The position numbers and the translations under genes are program-made. DNA of 24,000 bases from an uncultured Anaerolineae bacterium (GTDB lineage: Bacteria; Chloroflexota; Anaerolineae; JAFGEY01). Positions 20,201 through 24,000 of this stretch are shown here, piece by piece. The DNA is taken from assembly GCA_964428175.1 (NCBI GenBank), contig CAYRXM010000009.1:6554-30553 (forward strand), written 5' to 3'. Under the pieces are notes generated by a model that made no database searches, was not told the origin of the DNA, and saw only the letters and a program-made list of their open reading frames with translations. Within the stretch, counting starts at the first letter, position 1. Each line of letters starts with the position of its first letter.

Positions 20201-23186
20201 AGGCAGCAACATCGGCATTGATGCCAGCGGGCTGGCGGCCCTGCCCAATTACCAGGCCGGCATCGTCGACAGTGGGCGTTGGACCACCATTGGCGGCGCG
20301 GCGCCGGCCGACGGCAACCTGATCGGCGGCGGCATGGTCTATGGCAGCGTGGGCATCCATATGCTGGGCACACAGAGCACGGTGCGCTATAACACGATCG
20401 GCGTGGGCATCAACGGCGCCACCCCGCTGGGCGCGCTGGCCGGCATTCAGATCGACGGCGACCGGATCACCATCTGGGAAAATGTGATCGCCTACAACAC
20501 CACCGGCGTGCTGGTGAACAGCGGCCGGCGCAATTCGATCTGGGAAAACAGCATCCACAGCAACTATATCGGGCTGGACCTCAGCCCGGCCGGGGTGACG
20601 TTGAACGACAGCGGCGACGGCGACGCGGGGGCAAATGACCTGCAAAATTATCCGTTGATCACCTTTGCCGCGCTCCACAGCGGGCAGACGCTCGTCAGTG
20701 GCATGCTCGACAGCCAGCCCAACCAGACCTATGCCATTCACCTGTACAGCAGCCCCGCCTGCGACCCTTCCGGCTATGGGCAGGGGCGCACTTATCTGGG
20801 CCAGGCTACCGTCACCACCAACGCCGGCGGGCAGGCCAGCATCGACATAGCCATCGGCGCGGCGGCCAGCGTGGGCCATTATCTCACCGCCACGGCCACC
20901 GACCCCGAAGGCAACACCTCTGAATTTTCGGCCTGTTATGGGCCGATCAGCACGCTCGAGCGGACGTTTACGGTGAATACCGCCGGCGACGCGGCCGATA
21001 ACAACCCGGCCGACGGCATCTGCGACAGCAGCGCCGACCCCGGCGAACAGTGCACCCTGCGCGCTGCCATCCAGCAGGCTAACGCCAGCCCCGGCGACTA
21101 TACCATCATCCTGCCGGCGGGCGTCTATCCGCTGACCATCGCCGGATTCGACGACACGGCGGAAGCGGGCGACCTGGACATCACCGGCCCGCTGACCATC
21201 GTCGGCGCGGGGGCCAACGTAACGATCATCCATAACCAGGTTATTACCGACCGCGTGTTCGATATTCGTAGCGACGCCGTCGTCACCCTCACCGGCGTGA
21301 CCCTCAAGGGCGGTAATTTGAGCACCACAGCCAACGGCGCCGGCATCCGGGTCAACACCGGCACGACGCTGATCCTGGATGGGGTCAGCGTGCAAGAGAA
21401 TCAGACGGCAGCAGGCAGCGGCGGCGGCATTTACAGCGCCGGAACGCTCACGCTCACTAACAGCGCCATTATCAGCAACACTGCCGGCGGCGAGGCCAAC
21501 GGCGGCGGCGGGCTGTATGTATATTTGGGCACGGCCACGCTGCGCAATGTCACCGTTTCCGGCAACCAGAGCAATGGCCACGGCGGCGGCATCCAGAACC
21601 TGCTCGGCACGGTGAGCCTCAACAATGTCACCGTCCACAACAACACCGCCGACGACGACAATGACAACTCTGGCGACGGCGGTGGGGTGTACAACACGGC
21701 CACTTTTGAGGTCAAAAACTCGATCATTGCCGAGAACGAGGACAAAAGCAAGGGCGTCTATGAATACGGCGTCGCCGACTGCTACGGCGCCTTTACCACC
21801 CAGGGCTACAACTTGATCGGCGACAAGGCCCAACAGAACAACAGCAACCCGCCAGCCTGCCAGGGCTTTGGCGGCAGCGGCGACAACGCGGGCGGGTTCT
21901 GGGCGCTGGGCCGCTATCTGCGCTATGCCGCCGGACTGCTGCCCCTTCAACTCAACGGCGGCGCCACCCTCAGCCACGCGCCGTTTTCGCAGGCCGCCGG
22001 CTGGGCGGTCGATTGGGCCAACCCGGCCACGCCGGGCAGCGGCAGCGATGCCTGCGAGCCGTTCGACCAGCGCGGCCAGCCCCGCCCGGTCGATGGCGGC
22101 ACCGACGGCGTCGCCCGCTGCGACCGCGGCGCGGTAGAACTGGTGCCTGCCTATCTTTACGTGGACGACGTGCTGGCGACCGAGGGCAGCCCGGCCGTGT
22201 TCACCGTTTCGCTGTCCGAACCGGCGCCGATCACCTTTACCGTGCACTATTCCACCACCGACATCAGCGCCATCGCCGGGCAGGATTACATCCATACCGA
22301 GGGCGTGCTCACCTTTACGCCGGGCCAAAGCAGCCAGACGGTTTCGGTGTCCACGCTGACCGACACCCGCAGCGAGGACGTTGAGACCTTCCGCCTGCGG
22401 CTTTTCTGGGCGCAGTGGGTGATCATTGCCGACGGGGAAGGCATCGGCGGCATCCTGGATGGCAGCCCGCTGCCCGCGTTGAGCATCAACGACCGCACCG
22501 TGACCGAGGGCGATCAGGGGAGTAATAACCAGGCGATCTTGACCGTCAGCCTGAACAGCCCCAGCGGCAAGACGGTCACCGTCGATTACACCACCGTCGA
22601 TGGCACGGCGCTGGCCGGGGAGGACTATGGCGCGGCGCAAGGCACGCTGACCTTTGCGCCCGGTGAAACCTCGCGCACCATCACCGTCAACATCATCGGC
22701 GACGACCTCCGAGAGGGCAATGAGACCTTGACCGTGCAGCTCAGCAATCCGGTCAACGCCACCCTGGGTGACGCCAGCGGCCAGGTCACCATCACCGACG
22801 ACGACACCCCGGCCCTCTCGATCGATGACTCGTCTGTCCTTGAAGGAGACAGCGGCACCAGCCCCATGACCTTTATCGTCGAGCTGTCCAAGCCCAGCAC
22901 GGCCCCCATCACCGTCAACTATATCACCAGCCCCGGCACGGCCAAATCGGGCAGCGATTACGTCCACACCGCCGGCACGCTCACCTTTGCCGCCGGCGAG
23001 ACGCTCAAGACGATCACGGTGCAGATCGTCGGCGACGAGCAAGATGAGCCGGCCGAGACCTTTACCGTATCGCTCAACACGCCCACCGGCGGCGCCGTCA
23101 TCGCCAGGAGCAGCGCCACCGGCGCCATCTGGGAGCGTCTCTATACCGTCTATCTGCCGCTGGTCTTGCGCAACGTCGGGCCGTAA
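17262..23186 (+). CDS. Giant secreted surface protein (1974 aa): signal peptide, FG-GAP/VCBS-like repeats, CSLREA motif + parallel beta-helix, second CSLREA motif + Pmp-like beta-helix, three Calx-beta repeats, short hydrophobic C-terminal tail
   Basis: ATG 17262 forms an ATGA overlap with the upstream stop, with GGGAG upstream. The signal peptide is MKQRMTCWVLHLLMISVLMTSSIFVNVKA. FG-GAP-like DLNLDGQPEIVAG and GDFNADGQPDLVAA are present. CSLREA-type motifs are NPGDGVC...YCTLRAAIMEANASPG (18588-) and NPADGIC...QCTLRAAIQQANASPG (21051-). Beta-helix turns recur (N.ISGN...G..I). NDSGDGDAGANDLQNYP...DPEGNTSEFSAC is present. Pmp-like GGGIY/GGGLY/GGGVYN repeats and DQRGQPRP...CDRGAVE are present. 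Calx-beta repeats are indicated by AGQDY/AGEDY/SGSDY...TLTF.PGE..KT..V. Confidence 0.9.
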   Translation: MKQRMTCWVLHLLMISVLMTSSIFVNVKASPTVAPRVQVSAAGDWVNYGAPQALDAGPVAQAAAARPLSLAAADLNLDGQPEIVAGYAIDGGGLAVVYYTVNGGAAQSLALPIAPDFLHAGDFNADGQPDLVAAARGSDVLWFLPGNGAGGLGAAEALALPGNVTALAAGELYRKDGLIDLAVGIAGAQGAQLLVFVGEQGAQAAAPERFDLPAPAVALAFGQLDDDYPYDLAAVAGRSLIVLRGVDHLAVDRAAPTLESVDLDFEAVSLTIGDWNYDQSRGIALLGADGQVRVANSVSISDLTFDVLPGSQPVSGSAQLLRAKTSSLPADDLLVAGGRQVRVLTADGRRMNAQGIYEQAAAPGALAALDAAAPVVAMLAVRLNDDALDDLVILTEGAPAPLTIITAAVRTFVVKEPWGAYPDANPGDGVCASPVYHFGGPYCTLRAAIMEANASPGLDRILFDTARISRVITMLGGEFGDAILPTITEAVEIIGDGDWERQKIDGRLVEPAKPVLLVNASGVTIIHLNMYNFVRTSEDNPVIKVLGGANNEIRSCIIGPRNTGAGIELVGGDTRLSWNVISGNHRTGVHINGGDGHTISSNNFIGLPPESNNYASTTGNHTGVKISSGTYAQVGGGSYTRNVISGNRDTGIVIAGGSGALILNNYIGLHEEGLTGLGNQFGVKLIGGAATTIGNGTAAGRNLIGGNDHSGIQAADSTISELVVNGNYIGVNVSGDASLPNRQRGVVLSSTNPAQVRNNVLGCGTSAAICMEITGSNWTVAHEINSNHIGADPTGAINLGGGVKGVSIKGVHGVQFDGNHIRHSGQDGLSLVTSSDNTISNNHILYSGQHGVLIDADNNTLSGNVVSFSGVVGIKVLSNDNTLTNNTISSVRATGSESETGLEVLGRNNEIAGGGAPIVGGLFAVKLIGNNNNLSGHEISDADVGVFVSGEDNVVGPDNLIHSNWVGVDVASSARRAVIKGSNIGIDASGLAALPNYQAGIVDSGRWTTIGGAAPADGNLIGGGMVYGSVGIHMLGTQSTVRYNTIGVGINGATPLGALAGIQIDGDRITIWENVIAYNTTGVLVNSGRRNSIWENSIHSNYIGLDLSPAGVTLNDSGDGDAGANDLQNYPLITFAALHSGQTLVSGMLDSQPNQTYAIHLYSSPACDPSGYGQGRTYLGQATVTTNAGGQASIDIAIGAAASVGHYLTATATDPEGNTSEFSACYGPISTLERTFTVNTAGDAADNNPADGICDSSADPGEQCTLRAAIQQANASPGDYTIILPAGVYPLTIAGFDDTAEAGDLDITGPLTIVGAGANVTIIHNQVITDRVFDIRSDAVVTLTGVTLKGGNLSTTANGAGIRVNTGTTLILDGVSVQENQTAAGSGGGIYSAGTLTLTNSAIISNTAGGEANGGGGLYVYLGTATLRNVTVSGNQSNGHGGGIQNLLGTVSLNNVTVHNNTADDDNDNSGDGGGVYNTATFEVKNSIIAENEDKSKGVYEYGVADCYGAFTTQGYNLIGDKAQQNNSNPPACQGFGGSGDNAGGFWALGRYLRYAAGLLPLQLNGGATLSHAPFSQAAGWAVDWANPATPGSGSDACEPFDQRGQPRPVDGGTDGVARCDRGAVELVPAYLYVDDVLATEGSPAVFTVSLSEPAPITFTVHYSTTDISAIAGQDYIHTEGVLTFTPGQSSQTVSVSTLTDTRSEDVETFRLRLFWAQWVIIADGEGIGGILDGSPLPALSINDRTVTEGDQGSNNQAILTVSLNSPSGKTVTVDYTTVDGTALAGEDYGAAQGTLTFAPGETSRTITVNIIGDDLREGNETLTVQLSNPVNATLGDASGQVTITDDDTPALSIDDSSVLEGDSGTSPMTFIVELSKPSTAPITVNYITSPGTAKSGSDYVHTAGTLTFAAGETLKTITVQIVGDEQDEPAETFTVSLNTPTGGAVIARSSATGAIWERLYTVYLPLVLRNVGP

Positions 23187-23195
23187 TGAATTGTA

Positions 23196-23226
23196 CCCTT
23201 GCGAAGGTTCTCAACCTTCGCAAGGG
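23196..23226. terminator. Perfect 14-bp stem-loop after the giant gene (probable terminator; no U-tract)
   Basis: CCCTTGCGAAGGTT (23196-23209), loop CTC, then AACCTTCGCAAGGG (23213-23226). It starts 10 nt after the stop codon. The downstream sequence is A-rich rather than T-rich. Confidence 0.5.
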
Positions 23227-23253
23227 TCAAAAGATAAAAGGAGGCAAAATAAC

Positions 23254-24000
23254 ATGAAACTGAAATCCAAAGCCGTTCTCTTGATCGCCATCGCCGTGCT
23301 GGTCTTCAGCCTGGGCTGCCTGGGCAGCAAGACCGCCGCGCCGACGGCCACCCTGCCAGCGACGGCCACTCAAGCCAGCGCGCCGACTGCAACCCCTGCC
23401 CCCACCCAGGCGGCGACGACCGCCGCCGTCGAGTTGGGCGACCCCCAGCGCAGCGACGAGGGCGGTTTTAGCATCCGCGCCGTGCCCGGCTACCAGCTTG
23501 TTCCCTTTGGCGAATTACTGAGCATGCTCGCCCCCGGCGCCGATCCCGACACCGGGCCAGTCGTCACCGTCATCGGCGGGACGGTGGGCGAAACAACCAA
23601 CCAGGACCTCTACAACCAGCTCAAATCGGGCACACCGCTGGATGTCGGCCCGGCCGAAGCGATTGTGGTGCAAGGCCTGCCCGGCCTGGTCGCCGATCTG
23701 ACCGGCGAAAACAACGGCAAGCCGATGCGCGGGCGGGTCGCCCTGGCCATGGTCACGCCCACGCAGCAGTTCATCTTGCTGCTCGGCGCGCCGGCAGCAC
23801 AGTGGGATGAGGTCGCCCCGTTCTTTGACGCCCTGCTGGCCTCGGTCGAGTTTTTCGCACCGGCGGCGGCAAAAGCGCCGCCCATCATCGAACCACCGGC
23901 GGCCACTCCGCCCCCCACATCGGTTTCCAACGTCGCGCCGGGCCGCTACCCCTACACCAACCCCAACGTGGCCCGCGACGTGCTGGTCTATGACGGCGTG
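23254..24000 (+). CDS. Putative lipoprotein with a PT-rich linker, 5' 249 codons (continues past the right edge)
   Basis: Absent from the ORF track because no stop occurs in the window. AAAGGAGG lies 9 nt upstream of ATG 23254. My translation is MKLKSKAVLLIAIAVLVFSLGCLGSKTAAPTATLPATATQASAPTATPAPTQAATTAAVELGDPQRSDEGGFSIRAVPGYQL...RGRVALAMVTPTQQFILLLGAP..., open to position 24000. It has the same SLG-C lipobox as the NHL protein. Confidence 0.75.
   Translation, partial: MKLKSKAVLLIAIAVLVFSLGCLGSKTAAPTATLPATATQASAPTATPAPTQAATTAAVELGDPQRSDEGGFSIRAVPGYQLVPFGELLSMLAPGADPDTGPVVTVIGGTVGETTNQDLYNQLKSGTPLDVGPAEAIVVQGLPGLVADLTGENNGKPMRGRVALAMVTPTQQFILLLGAPAAQWDEVAPFFDALLASVEFFAPAAAKAPPIIEPPAATPPPTSVSNVAPGRYPYTNPNVARDVLVYDGV

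Noticed and set aside
19953-23042. A 1029-aa open reading frame lies antisense to the giant surface-protein gene. Similar long antisense ORFs occur at 15832-17325, 5185-6573, 1428-2606, 3345-3992, 4300-5112, 9588-10094, 13213-13986 and elsewhere.
   Set aside because: These are typical shadow ORFs of GC-rich coding DNA. Their translations are low-complexity and rich in Arg/Ala/Gly/Pro. They contain no recognisable motifs and have no SD. Each is fully covered by a sense-strand gene with strong family signatures.
1-24000. Search by eye for tRNA, rRNA, tmRNA, riboswitch-like leaders, integrases, transposases and terminal inverted repeats of IS elements.
   Set aside because: I recognised none. 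The non-coding gaps are short (under 330 nt) and are accounted for by promoters, terminators and the repeat elements described. A covariance-model scan (Infernal/Rfam, tRNAscan-SE) would be needed to exclude small RNAs.

Overview
This is a 24 kb GC-rich bacterial chromosomal segment. Its gene content looks Chloroflexota-like (class II HMG-CoA reductase, SARP-NB-ARC-TPR regulator, giant CSLREA/beta-helix/Calx-beta surface protein, PT-rich lipoproteins), but the taxon is inference only. From left to right the window holds five blocks. (1) The 5' part of mvaA lies on the minus strand and runs off the left edge; a divergent promoter drives a 72-aa Cys-rich ORF. (2) A cytoplasmic glycoside-utilisation trio lies on the plus strand: GH38 alpha-mannosidase, an RraA-like protein and a GH4 glycosidase. 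These genes are separated by two copies of an ~85-nt palindromic intergenic element. (3) A visibly lower-GC ~2.6 kb segment is bounded by hairpin terminators. It carries arsR-hgcA-hgcB (minus strand), a complete mercury-methylation gene pair with all signature motifs. That operon has a consensus promoter with candidate operator half-sites, and its HgcB has an unusual Cys-rich N-terminal extension. The same segment also carries a frameshifted DUF4160 gene and an intact DUF2442 gene (plus strand). (4) A tightly packed minus-strand unit reads SARP-NB-ARC-TPR regulator, then phosphoglucomutase, then a CE4-like protein. (5) Divergent from it are a 63-aa membrane protein, a 70-aa small protein, an NHL-repeat lipoprotein, a 1974-aa secreted protein (FG-GAP, beta-helix, two CSLREA motifs, three Calx-beta repeats) and another lipoprotein that runs off the right edge. 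I recognised no rRNA, tRNA, CRISPR array, transposase or integrase. No clearly novel multi-gene system is evident. The most interesting items are these: the hgcAB island and its atypical cysteine features; SARP-box-like direct repeats in the divergent promoter; and two families of structured intergenic repeats, one of which supplies the stop codon of the upstream gene at both loci.
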